64,000 bases of DNA from Polyangia bacterium (GTDB lineage Bacteria > Myxococcota_A > Polyangia > Palsa-1104 > JAEUJZ01): the NCBI GenBank assembly GCA_044222245.1, contig JBGANQ010000041.1, positions 5,234 through 69,233 of the forward strand. Reading direction: 5' to 3'. Numbering within the stretch: the stretch's first letter is position 1; each line of letters begins with the position of its first letter. Positions 46,601 through 57,100 of this stretch are shown in pieces. The notes under the pieces were generated by a model. The model worked only from the letters and a program-made list of their open reading frames with translations, made no database searches and was not told the origin of the DNA. Made by a program: the position numbers and the translations under genes.

Positions 46601-47521
46601 GGCAAGGACTTCAAGCTCGGCCTGGGTGCCAGCACAACCCCGCACTCGGAGAGCAAGCTCACGACCAGCTTCGCCAGCCACGACAACGACAAGGCCAACC
46701 AAGAGGCAACCCGGTATTACGTTTATGGCGCGGCGCTGCTCGCCGTCTATGAGCTGCTTGACGGTCACACTGCGGCGGCCGAGCAAGCTGCGGCGCGGGC
46801 GCTTATTGGCAGCGAGGGGCGCACCCGGCTCGGCCGGCGTCCGCTGCCAGCGGGGAACGTGAACCTGGCACATGATTCCCGCGCCGTGTTCGCGGTGGCG
46901 GCGCAGCTGTTGGCTGAGGCCGGACGGCCGATTCTGGCCGGTCGCCTGTGGGCCAAGGTCTACGGCGGTTTTTTCGATCACGATGATGAGGCGACCGTGC
47001 TGTCGATCCTCAGCCCGCTGCCCACCGGACTGGCTGGCGTGGCCGCTGTGCCGCCGCTGCTGCCGCGCGTGCAGGCGTCGCTGCGTCAGCTTGCCCGCGA
47101 CCTGCCTTGCCGCCGCCGCGGGCAGCCCCCCTTGGCGGCCAAGGTGGTCACCTGCGCTGAGTACCCGCTCGCGCTGGCGCTCTCTCTGGGCGGCGATGGC
47201 GAGCCGCTGCCGGGCTTTCCCACCAGGCCCCAGACCGCGTGTGAAAACTGGCAGGCCCTGGACCGCTTCATGCGGGTGCAGCGCGAGCGGCAAGCTCCGC
47301 GGCCGGCAAGGGCCGCCGCTATCACGGCCGCGGTGTCGGCGCTGCTCGCGGCGCGGGATGAAGTCGGGGCGGCTCTTCTGCTGTTGCCCCTGCCGAGCTG
47401 TGACGCAGAGCTGCTTACCGCTGCGCAGCGCGTCGCTGCCACCGGAGTGCCACCTCCGCTGCAGCAGCAGCTGCTCAGCGAAGTGACAAGCTGCACACCA
47501 CGCTCTACGCCTGCGCAGTAA
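43661..47521 (+). CDS. Large hypothetical lipoprotein (about 1286 aa), mostly alpha-helical
   Basis: Long ORF with natural codon bias; lipobox LVGGC after MTTMRTRPR; no family recognised. Confidence 0.72.
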   Translation: MTTMRTRPRCAVLLVCLALGFGLALVGGCHGGVVSANGPLTCSGPQLAPCARALQAAGEAADATALRERAAKYAALAREHDQGDPWAQLFAALQRQRSTLPSDGPATVIVAELAVAPQVLAAAARARVAVVVQDLKEPASLPAAELLTWLAAAARFDHVLWVRGQAAWQLFPLDPLQPFMAGLAPVVRDDAALTHLTETVALAQTLRAAFSAASGFHYVEAAALADRLVAQAGREATPDEPVLRARYGLQLLRAAGIVLSRAGAGDSTPDLTFSASPADTPYGDLLRVRLATSKARTDEWTARRTNILRGIAADRRDDFADLMAPAPACRSQRLLPMESVRDLAFSQRLADTLAPEGATPAAGQLPLRQWQQRYDTLVELVSATGSAWSYLPALLRQRGPAPISPSPPGRTQARVTELALAHLHASQELQQAAPARYQVLSQFELLLCAGLRADPPLFREMLFLSDASVKSRLAPPASPAAVLEGVLWAALAGLGYPDAARASYFNGLHAVLSSRLGGDLQSQTGWAVAGLYALDELYRRLTGAPSQLATDTHHLVRALADPGVAYPELAGLVQAAALYLGLVLDNALDAALVGNPAGFPSQRLEAYQLLQRALQTLGTSDAAAAASSEARDLAAVADGLFTVLAAAVHSKPGWEPQCKDEAAAQSPQLRTALDKLRALRLQLIGPAISPTTATSGQLRTRLLLQILSDLLDYGARDGQPIRFATASDAAERNVRDGLRTWPLGTGAALLGQSYRLLRDYLAQAAELRKVPLSPAQTQALLAQLQELVRAAARAGTGSQLVAALSQLDFSKLRSDNLAQAAAGLAQGLYLHEQPQQAGILLLTAALLDSGDAAATRAVLAAAERQDRPLVAMVRFLLDSQSHLQGRAPAPSAYAAALRSDAESVCQESGTAQVLTLLQAASDFSHGKRGRARSSLRAWLQDAEEHGLSVPRVTYQFEEKVGTLTFQLGYSLSYGLGVLNAGKDFKLGLGASTTPHSESKLTTSFASHDNDKANQEATRYYVYGAALLAVYELLDGHTAAAEQAAARALIGSEGRTRLGRRPLPAGNVNLAHDSRAVFAVAAQLLAEAGRPILAGRLWAKVYGGFFDHDDEATVLSILSPLPTGLAGVAAVPPLLPRVQASLRQLARDLPCRRRGQPPLAAKVVTCAEYPLALALSLGGDGEPLPGFPTRPQTACENWQALDRFMRVQRERQAPRPARAAAITAAVSALLAARDEVGAALLLLPLPSCDAELLTAAQRVAATGVPPPLQQQLLSEVTSCTPRSTPAQ

Positions 47522-47556
47522 CGCCCAGGGTGGACAGAGCGCGCAAACCCAGAGAC

Positions 47557-47706
47557 TGCGTGGTCGACGTCGCTGTGGAAGAATTCTTGGACCGAGTCAG
47601 CCGCGATGCGCTGATGGGAAAGCTGGCCAGTCGGATCGTGCGCAAGCGGATGCAGGGACTGGCCCGCCGCTACCTGGAGGCCGGCATCATGGCCGATGAT
47701 AGATGA
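47557..47706 (+). pseudogene. Degenerate fragment of a group II intron-type reverse transcriptase
   Basis: Translates CVVDVAVEEFLDRVSRDALMGKLASRIVRKRMQGLARRYLEAGIMADDR*, resembling the RT segment VVDxDLEKFFDRVNHDxLM...IRRYLEAG; not in ORF track. Confidence 0.72.
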
Positions 47707-47733
47707 TAACTGTTGTATTTGACTTTAAGGGAC

Positions 47734-48179
47734 CCCTGTATCTGGTCCCCGGCTCGCAAAAGGACGGCATCCAGGATCACTCCGAGCTCACTGGCCGGCC
47801 GGAAGGATATGAGCAGTCACCCGAGTGGATCTCGAACCTGACGGCGAAGCTCAAGTATGTGGTCGAGCGCGACCGCGTCGCCGAGCTGGTAAAGAGTCAC
47901 GGCCTCACCGCCGCCAAGGGGCCGGCGGGCTCGGTGCTGGTATTTCACAGCAACATCGTCCACGCCTCTCCTCCCAACATTACGCCGCTGGAGCGCTCTA
48001 CTCTGCTCTTTTCCTACAATCACATCAGCAACGCCCCCCCCGAGTCGCTGCGCCGGCGGCCCGACTTCTTGTCGAGCGCCGATACCCATCCGATCCAGGA
48101 GGTAGATGAGGAGCTCGGCCACCTCCTGAGCTGCGCCGTGGCACGCCCGCTTGGCCGGGGGAACCATGAGCACCACTAG
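47734..48179 (+). pseudogene. 3' half of the interrupted Fe(II)/2-oxoglutarate dioxygenase
   Basis: PLYLVPGSQ, GPAGSVLVFHSNIVHAS (distal His), ERSTLLFSYN, RPDFLS; stop overlaps NRPS start. Confidence 0.9.
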
Positions 48180-51100
48180 CCTGCCCCCCGCCGCGTGGAA
48201 CGAGACTGCGGCCGACTTCCCCCACGACCGCTGCGTCCACGAGCTGTTCGCGGACCAGGTCCGCCGCACCCCGGACGCGGTGGCGGTGGTCTATGGCGAT
48301 GCGGCCCTGACCTATGCCGAGCTCGATCGCCGGGCCAACCAGCTGGCGCACCGGCTGCGCGCCAGCGGCGTCGGGCCCGATACGCTGGTCAGCCTGTGCG
48401 TGGAGCGCTCGCTGCACTTGGCGGTGGGCGTGCTGGGAATCTTGAAGGCGGGCGGCGCCTACGTACCCCTGGACCCGGCCTACCCGGCAGAGCGCCTGGC
48501 GCAGCTGCATGGGGACTCGCAGGCGGCGGTGCTGCTGACGCAGCGGGCGCTCCTGGGTCGCCTGCCGCAGCCGGCGGGCGCGCTCTTGCTGCTGGACGAG
48601 CCGACAGCCGACCCGTGGCCGCAGGATGCGCCGGCAGTGGCGATGAGCGCCGACTCTCTGGGCTACGTCATCTACACCTCCGGATCGACCGGTCGTCCCA
48701 AAGGGATCTGTCTGCCCCACCGCGCGCTGGTGAACCTGATCGTCTGGCACGAGCGCACGCTCCTGTGCGGCGTCAACACCCTGCAGTACGCCTCGCTGAG
48801 CTTTGACGCCAGCTTCCACGAGATGTTCGCTGCCTGGTGCTCGGGCGGGACGCTGTTCCTGCTCAGCGAAGAGGTCCGCCACGATCTCGGGGCGCTGGCG
48901 CGCTTCATCCACGCCCACCAGATCGAAAAGGTCATCCTCCCGGTCATCGTCCTGTCGCAGCTCGCCGAGCAGGTGCGCGGTCAGGAGCAGCTGCTCGGCA
49001 GCCTCAAGGAGCTCACCACCACCGGCGAGCAGCTGCAGATTACCGGGCCGATCATCCAGCTCTTCCGCCGGCTTCCCGGCTGCGCGTTTCACAACCACTA
49101 CGGACCTTCCGAGAGCCATGTGGTGACCGCCTACACCCTGCCCGCCGATCCCGACGCCTGGGTGACCCACCCGCCGATCGGGCGGCCGATTGCCAACACC
49201 CGCATCTATCTGCTGGACGAGCAGCGCCGCCCAGTGCCGGTAGGCGCCACGGGCGAGCTGTATATAGGAGGCGTGTGCCTGGCGCGCTGCTACCTCGGTC
49301 AGCCCGAGCTCACCGCCAGCCGCTTTGTCGCCACCGGCGAGCTGCCCGCTGGCGAGACCCGGCTTTACCGCACCGGCGATCTGGCGCGCTACCGGCCCGA
49401 TGGCTGCCTGGAGTATCTAGGCCGCATCGATCACCAGGTCAAGATCCGCGGCTTCCGCATCGAGCTGGGTGAAGTCGAGACGGTGCTCAGCCAGCACCCG
49501 GGGGTGCGCGAGGTTGCGGTGCTGGCGCGCGAGGATGCGCCGGGGGAAAAGCGCCTGGTGGCCTATGTCGTGCCGGACTTCGCCGCCGCCACCTCGGGAG
49601 CCGCGCCGCTGCACGGCGAGCCGCTGCACGGCGAGCCGGTGCGCGCCCTGGGCGCTGACCTCCGCGCCCGGCTGCGCGAGAAGCTGCCCGACTACATGAT
49701 CCCCTCCGCGCTCGTCATGCTGGCGGCGCTGCCGCTGACCCCCAACGGCAAGCTGGATCGCCGCGCGCTGCCGCCGCCCGGCCCCGCCCGCCCCGAGCTG
49801 GCCACCGCCTATCGCGCGCCGCGCACCGCGCTGGAGCGGGAGGTGACGGCGCTGTGGGAGCAGCTCCTGCACCTGGACGGCATCGGGGTCGAGGACAGCT
49901 TCTTCGATCTGGGCGGCAGCTCGATCCACGCGGCGCAGTTCCTGGCCCGGGTGCGCAGCGCCTACGGCATTGAGCTGACCTTTGCGCGCTTCTTCGCCCA
50001 GCCGACGGTGGCGGCGCTCGCCGCGGCGCTGCAAGAGCAGCGGCCGGAAGGGCCCGCCGCGGCGACGATACCCATGGTGCCGCGCGAGGGCGGGCTGGCG
50101 CTCTCGCTGGCTCAGGAGCGGCTATATTATCTGTACCAGCTCGCTCCCGAAAGCCGCGCCTATAACTGTGCTTCCTGCTTTCACCTGCGCGGCACGCTGG
50201 ATGAGCAGGGGCTGGAGCGCAGCCTGCAAGCGCTGGTGGCGCGGCATGAGATCCTGCGCACCCGCTTCAGCCAGCGCGACGGACGGCCGCTGCAGCTTAT
50301 CGATTCACCGCCGCCGCCGCCGCCGCCGTCGCGCACCCTGGCGGTGGTGGATCTGCAGGCGCTGCCCGAAGCCGAGCGCCCGCTGGCCGCCCGCCGGCAG
50401 CTGGAAAAGGAGACGCAGCACCTGTTCAACCTGGAGCAGGGGCCGCTGTTCCGGGCCACGCTGTGGCGCCTCGGACCGGGCGAGCACTTCCTGCTGCTCA
50501 ACTTCCACCACATCATCATCGATGGCTGGTCGATCGAGGTCGCGCTGCGCGAGCTGGCGCTGTATTACAAAGCCTGGGTCACGCACACGCCGCCGGCGCT
50601 CGCCCCGCTTCCCATCCAGTATGCCGACTACGCGGCGTGGCAGCTGCAGCAGGCCGACAGCGCCGCCCAGCGCGAGCTTGTCGGCTGGTGGAAGCAGAAG
50701 CTGCAGGGCGCGGCGCCGCTCCTCCAGCTGCCCACCGATCATCGGCGCCCCGCAGTGCAAAGCTTCCGCGGCGCCACGGTGGCATTTGCCATCGACGCCC
50801 CGCTGACCGCGGCGCTGCGCGAGCTGGCGGCGCGCAGCGGCATGACCCTGTCCATGGTGCTGCTGGCCGCGTACGCGGCGCTCTTGCATCGCTACACCCG
50901 CAGCGAAGACCTGCTCATCGGCATCCCCAGTGCCAGCCGCCATCGCGTCGAGCTGGAAGGAGTGCTGGGATTTTTCATCAACACCCTGCCGCTGCGCATC
51001 GATCTGTCGGGCGGGCCTTCTTTTGCCGAGCTGCTCGGTCGGGTGCGCGCCACCGCGATCGAGGCCTACGAGCGCGACGCAGCCCCGTTTGAGCAGATCG

Positions 51101-54100
51101 TCAAGGAGCTGCGCCCCGAGCGCGATCCCGCCTACAACCCGGTGGTGCAGCTCGGCTTTGCGCCGCAGCCGCCGGCCGAGCGCGCCCTGGCGCTGCCCGG
51201 GCTGCAGGCCGAGCACGTAGAGGTCGATGCCCAGAAGACGGTCTTCGATCTGACCCTTTACCTTTGGGAGGAGCCGACCCGCACCGCCGCCCTCTTTGAG
51301 TACAGCACCGACCTGTTCACGCCTGCAACGATCGCCCGCCTCGCCGAGCAGTATGTCCTGCTGCTGCGTGCCGCGCTAAAGGACGCGCAGCAGCAGGTCG
51401 CGGCCCTGCCGCTGCTGTCCGCTGCAGAGCGCGACAAGATCCTGCAGCAGTGGAACCCGCCCCCCAGCGCCCCGGCGGCCGCGCCGAGCCTGTATGAGCT
51501 GTTTGCGGCGCAGGCGGCGCGCGCGCCCGCGGCGCCGGCGGTGGTGATGGATGCAGTCACGGTGACCTACGGGGAGCTCGACCAGCGGGCGAGCCAGCTG
51601 GCGCAGCTGCTGCAGGCGCTGGAGCTGCCTGCAGAGACGCCGATTGGGGTGTGCCTGGAGCGCTCTGTGGATCTGATCGTGGCGTTTCTGGGCATCCTCA
51701 AGGCTGGCGGGGTGTACACGCCGCTCGACCCCGGCTACCCCCAGAGCCGACTGCACTACATGCTCGCTGACAGCGCCGCGCCCGTGGTCCTCACCTCGGC
51801 CCGCCATGCCGAGCTGCTCGCCGGCGCTGGAGCTCGGGTCCTGTGTCTGGACACGCCGGCCGCGGCGCTTGCCGCGACGGCCGAGCGCCGTCCGCCCCCG
51901 GTGGCGCCAGGTCAGGCCGCCTACCTGATCTATACCTCGGGCTCCTCCGGCCGGCCCAAGGGAGTGGTCATCGAGCACCGCAGCGCGGTCGCCTTTGTCC
52001 GCGCCCAGCAGGCGGTGGTCGGGGTCACCGCAGAGTCACGAGTCCTACACCTGGCCTCGCCGAGCTTCGACGCCTCGGTATGGGAGCTGCTGCTGGCGCT
52101 GACCGCCGGCGCCGCGCTGTTCCCGGTGCCGGTGGCGGCGACGCTCCCCGGGCCCGAGCTGTGTCGGTTCCTGCGCCAGCACCGCATCTCGATCGCCTTC
52201 CTGGCGCCGGCGGCGCTGGCGCAGCTGCCGCGGGAGGAGCTGCCCGAGCTGACCACCCTGCTCACCGGTGGCGAGGCCTGTCCCGCTGCGCAGGTCCAGC
52301 GCTGGGCCCCCGGGCGCCGCTTCATCAACGCCTACGGACCCACCGAGGCCACGGTCTGCGCGACGATGCAGGTGTGCACCCCGGGCCCCGAGGCGCCGGC
52401 CATCGGCGTGCCGCTGACCAACGCGCGCGTGTACGTCCTGGATGCCGCCGGCCAGCTGCTTCCCACCGGCGTTCCCGGAGAGCTCTACCTTGGCGGTGCG
52501 AGCCTCGCCCGCGGCTACCTGAACCAGCCCGAGCTGACGGCGCAGCGGTTTCTCCCCGATCCCTTTGCGGCGCCCGGCGCCCGCATGTACCGGACCGGCG
52601 ACCTGGGGCGGTGGCGCGCCGATGGGAGCCTGGAGTTTTTGGGCCGCCTGGATGATCAGATCAAGCTGCGCGGCTTGCGCATCGAGCTCGGTGAGATCGA
52701 GTCCGTCCTGCGCGAGCAGCCGCTGATCGCGGCGGCGGCGGTGGTCCTGCGCGAGGAGCGGGACGGTGATCGGCGGCTGGTCGCCTACCTGGTCCCGCGC
52801 GCCGGCGCGCCGACCGCCGCCCCGGCGGCAGCCCCCGCCACGCTGAAGGAGCAGCTGGTCGGCGACTGGCTGCGCCTCTATGAAGACGTCTACAAGCGGG
52901 CCGACGCCGCCGGCGACCCGACCTTCAATATCGAAGGCTGGAACAGCAGCTTCACCGGCCAGCCGATCCCGGCGGCGCAGATGAGCGCCTGGGTGGCGAG
53001 CACGGTGGCGCGGCTGCAGGCGCTGGCGCCGCGGCGGGTGCTGGAGCTTGGCAGCGGCAGCGGCCTGCTCTTGTTCAAGGTGGCCCCGAGCTGCGCGCAG
53101 TATCTGGGGACGGATTTCTCGCCGGCCGCGGTGGCGCGCCTTGGGCAGCTGGTGGCGGCGCGCGGGCTGACCCAGGTGACGCTGCAGCAGCGCGAGGCGA
53201 ACCAGCTGGCCGACCTGCCCGAGAAGAGCTTTGACACCATCATCCTGAACTCGGTCGTGCAGTACTTTCCCGGGCTCGCCTACCTGCGCGAGGTGCTGGG
53301 CGGCGCCGTGCGCGCCCTGACCGCGCCGGGGGTGATCTTCATTGGCGATGTGCGCAGCCTGCCGCTGCGCGAGGCGTTTCACGCTGCGGTGCAGCTCTAC
53401 CAGGCGGCGCCGCAGACCGCCGCCGCGGCCCTGCGCGACAAGACCAGCCGCGCTGCCAGCAGTGACCGCGAGCTGCTGCTTGCGCCCGAGTTCTTCACCG
53501 CGCTGGCGTCCGAGCTGGGACCGCAGGTGCATGCCGAGGTCTGGCTCAAGCGCGGCCGCGGCAGCGATGAGATGACGCGCTACCGCTACGATGTGGTGCT
53601 GTTTGTCGGCTGCGCGGCGCCGGCGGTCGAGCCGAGCGCCACGCGCCACTGGGCCGCGGTGGACGCCTCGGTTGCCGGGCTGCAGGCGTGGCTCACGCAG
53701 GCCAGGCCGCAGGTCGCCGAGATCCTGGCGATTCCCAACGCGCGGCTCGCTGGCGACTGGCAGGCGCTGCAGCGGCTGCAGCAGGCGCCCGACTGCAGCT
53801 GCGACGAGCTTGCGGCCGCCCTGGCGCCGGCGGTGGCGGCCGCGGTGGCCCCCGAGGATCTGTGGCAGCTCGGGGAGCAGCTCGGCTACGCCGTGCGCAT
53901 CACCTACTCGGCAACCGGCGGCCCCGCCTGCATGGACGTACTGTTCGAGCGCGCGGCGGCTGCTCCCTACCCGCGCCCGTGGCGACCCGCCCCCCGGCAG
54001 CCGGCCGCCCGCGAGCGCGCGGACGACTATGCCAACGATCCGCTGCGCGCCAAACAGGACCGGGATCTCATCCCGCAGGTGCGCGAGGCCCTCTTGCGCA

Positions 54101-57100
54101 AGCTGCCTGCGTATATGATTCCCGCCGCCTTCGTCGTGCTCGATGAGCTGCCGCTGACCGCCAGCGGCAAGCTGGATCGCAAGCGCCTGCGCGCCCCCGC
54201 CGAGCTCCGCCCCGAGCTCGGGCGCGACTATGTCGCCCCGACGACCGCCTTGCACAGCGAGCTTGTCGCGATCTGGCGCACGGTGCTGGGAGTCGAGCGC
54301 ATCGGAATTCATGATCCGTTCTTCGAGCTGGGCGGTCACTCCCTGCTGCTGCCGCAGGTGCGCGCGGCCATCGCGACCCGGCTGGGTATCCAGGTGCCGG
54401 TCATCAAGCTGCTGCAGTGCGCGACCGTGAGCGCGCTTGCCGCATACCTGCAGGCGAGCGCCGAGCCGGAGGCGCCGGCCGTGCCGCCGCCGCGCCCCGA
54501 GGTCGCCGCGTCCGCCGCCGCGAGCCGCGCGGTGGCCGTGATAGGTCTTGCCGGGCGGTTCCCCCAAGCCGCCGATGTCGAGGAGCTGTGGCAGAACCTG
54601 GCCAGCGGGCGGGAGTGCCTGACCTTCTTTACGCCGGCCGAGCTGGCAGAGCAGGGCATCGAGCCGGAGCTGCTCCGCTCGCCGCGCCTGGTGCCTGCCT
54701 GCGGCGTACTAGAGGAGGCGATGGGCTTTGACGCGGGCTTTTTCGGCTGCGGTCCCAAAGAGGCGCTGTACATGGACCCGCAGCACCGCGCGTTTCTTGA
54801 GTGCGCGTGGGCCGGACTGGAGGATGCGGGGTACACCGCGCCGACCTATGATGGCGCGATCGGCGTGTTTGCTGGCGCCGAGGCCCCGCGCTACTGGCTG
54901 GAGCGGCTCGGCCTGCACGGCGGACCGTGGAACGCCGAGGACTATCAGGCGGTGCACGGCAACCTGCCCGACAACCTCACCACGCGGGTGGCCGACCAGC
55001 TTGGCCTGCGCGGCCCGGCGATCACGGTGGCCACTGCTTGCTCGACCTCGCTGGTCGCCATCCACCTGGCCTGCCAGCAGCTGCTGGCGGCGCAGTGCGA
55101 CCTGGCGCTGGCCGGCGGCGTGGGAGTCCACTCGCCGTTCGCGCCGGGGCACCTGTATCAGGACGGCGGCCTGATGTCGCGCAGCGGTCACTGCCGCCCC
55201 TTTGACGCCGCCGCCGAGGGCATCGTCAGCGGCAGCGGGGTCGCGGTGGTGGTGCTCAAGCGGCTCGAAGATGCGCTGCGCGATGGCGATCACATAAGAG
55301 CGGTGATCCGCGGCTCGGCGATCAACAACGACGGCGGCAACAAGGCCAGCTACCTGGCGCCGAGCGTCGAGGGCCAGCTGGCGGTGCTGCGCAAGGCCTA
55401 CGCTTCGGCGGACGTCGATCCCGCGACCGTGTCGTACATAGAGGCGCACGGCACAGCGACCCGGCTGGGCGATCTGGTCGAGTTTACGGCGCTGCGCCGC
55501 GCCTTCGCGGAGCGCACCGAGCGGCGGCAGTTCTGCGCGCTCGGCTCGGTCAAGAGCAACCTGGGTCACCTGGGTGCCGCGGCAGGTGTGACCGGTCTTA
55601 TCAAGGCGACGCTGGCGCTGGAGCGCGGGCTCATTCCGCCCACCCTTCACTTTACCGCACCGCCGGCCGAGCTCGAGCTGCAGGACAGTCCGTTTTTCGT
55701 CCATGCGCAGCCGCGCCCCTGGCCGGCGGCAGCGCAGCCGCGCCGCGCCGGGGTCAGCGCCTTCGGGGTCGGCGGCACCAACGCCCACGTCGTGCTGGAG
55801 CAAGCGCCGGCGATCCCGGCGGCGGGCCGCGCCCGCGGCGTGCAGCTGCTGCTCTTGTCGGCGCGCACCCCCTGGGCGCTGGACGAGGCGACGCGGCGGC
55901 TCGCCGCGCACCTGCAGCAGCACCCCGAGCAGCCCCTGCCCGATGTCGCCTATACGCTGCAGCGCGGCCGCGCCCACCTGCAGCACCGGCGGGCGGTCAT
56001 CGCCAGCGACGCCGCTGCTGCCAGCGCCCGGCTGAGCGCGGCGGAGCCGACGCTGGTAGCGACCGGCAGCGTGCCGGCGCGGCCGCCCAAGCTGGTGTTC
56101 ATGTTCCCCGGCGGCGGCACGCAGCGGGTGCAGATGGGAAGGGAGCTCTATGAGCAGGAGCCGGTCTACCGGGAGGCGCTGGCGCGCTGCGCGCGGCTGT
56201 TTCAAAACGAGCTTGGCTGCGACCTGCTCGCGCTGCTGTTCCCGCCGCCGGGCGACGAGCCGGCGGCGGCGGCGGCGCTGCTGCGCCCCTCGCTGAACAA
56301 CGCGGCGATCTTCGCCACCGAGTTTGCGCTGACCGAGCTGCTCCAATCCTGGGGGCTGCGGCCGGCTGCGGTGACCGGTCACAGCCTGGGCGAGTACGCG
56401 GCGGCGTGCCTGTCGGGGGTGCTGCGCCTGGAGGACGCGGTGGCCCTGGTCGCCCTGCGCGGGCGCATCTATGACGAGCTGACCGGCGGGGCGACAATGA
56501 GCGTGCTGCTGCCCGAGGCGACCCTGCGCGCGCGGCTGGGCAGCGGGGTCGAGCTCGCGGCAGTCAACGGTCCGGCTTCCTGTGTGGTCGCCGGCGAGCG
56601 CGCCGCCGTGCTGCGGCTGCAGGCGGAGCTCGCTGCGGAGGGGCATGAGGCGCGCCTGCTGGCGATCGACTGCGCGGCGCACTGCTCGAGCGTCGAGCCC
56701 CACCTGCCGCGCCTCACCGCGCGGGCGGCGACCCTGGACCTGCAGGCGCCGCGCATTCCCATCGTGTCCAACCTCACCGGCGGCTACCTGAGCGAGAAGC
56801 AGGCGCGCGACCCAGCGCACTGGGCCGCCCACCTGCGTGGGACGGTGCGCTTTGCCGCCGGACTTGCGACCTTGCTCGCCGACCCGGACGCGGTGTTCCT
56901 GGAGGTCGGGCCCGGCTGGACGCTGAGCACCCTGTGCCGCCGCCATCCCGACGCCGGGGCCGAGCGGGTGGCGGTGGCCAGCCTGGCCAGCGCCGGCTCG
57001 GGCCGCTCGGATCTGGAGGTGCTGCTGTTGGCGCTGGGGCAGCTGCACTGCACAGGGGTGGCGGTGGACTGGCAGCGCTTCTCTGCCACCGAGCAGCGCC

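Larger units (their letters stand above)
40957..47733. mobile_element. 6,777-bp insertion in the dioxygenase gene, flanked by a GGAC direct repeat (40953-40956 and 47730-47733); mechanism unknown
   Basis: Removal gives TTC AAC GGA CCC CTG TAT (FNGPLY) in frame; no terminal inverted repeats, integrase or transposase recognised. Confidence 0.65.

Noticed and set aside
40470-47723. Shared 9-mer GTATTTGAC at 40470-40478 and 47715-47723
   Set aside because: Could be chance or two -35-like elements; no good -10 at proper spacing, including across a hypothetical circle junction.
40957-47733. The insertion as a self-splicing group II intron (RT fragment present, ends in AC)
   Set aside because: The 5' end is GGCAAG, not GTGYG; no domain V was seen; the RT is a short decayed fragment; cargo genes are unrelated.
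40957-47733. The insertion as a classical IS or composite transposon
   Set aside because: No terminal inverted repeats between the ends and no transposase recognised; only the 4-bp GGAC repeat supports it.
47703-48179. ORF-track protein MITVVFDFKGPLY... as an independent gene
   Set aside because: The first residues come from insert DNA; the rest is the C-terminal half of the split dioxygenase and lacks the HxD motif.
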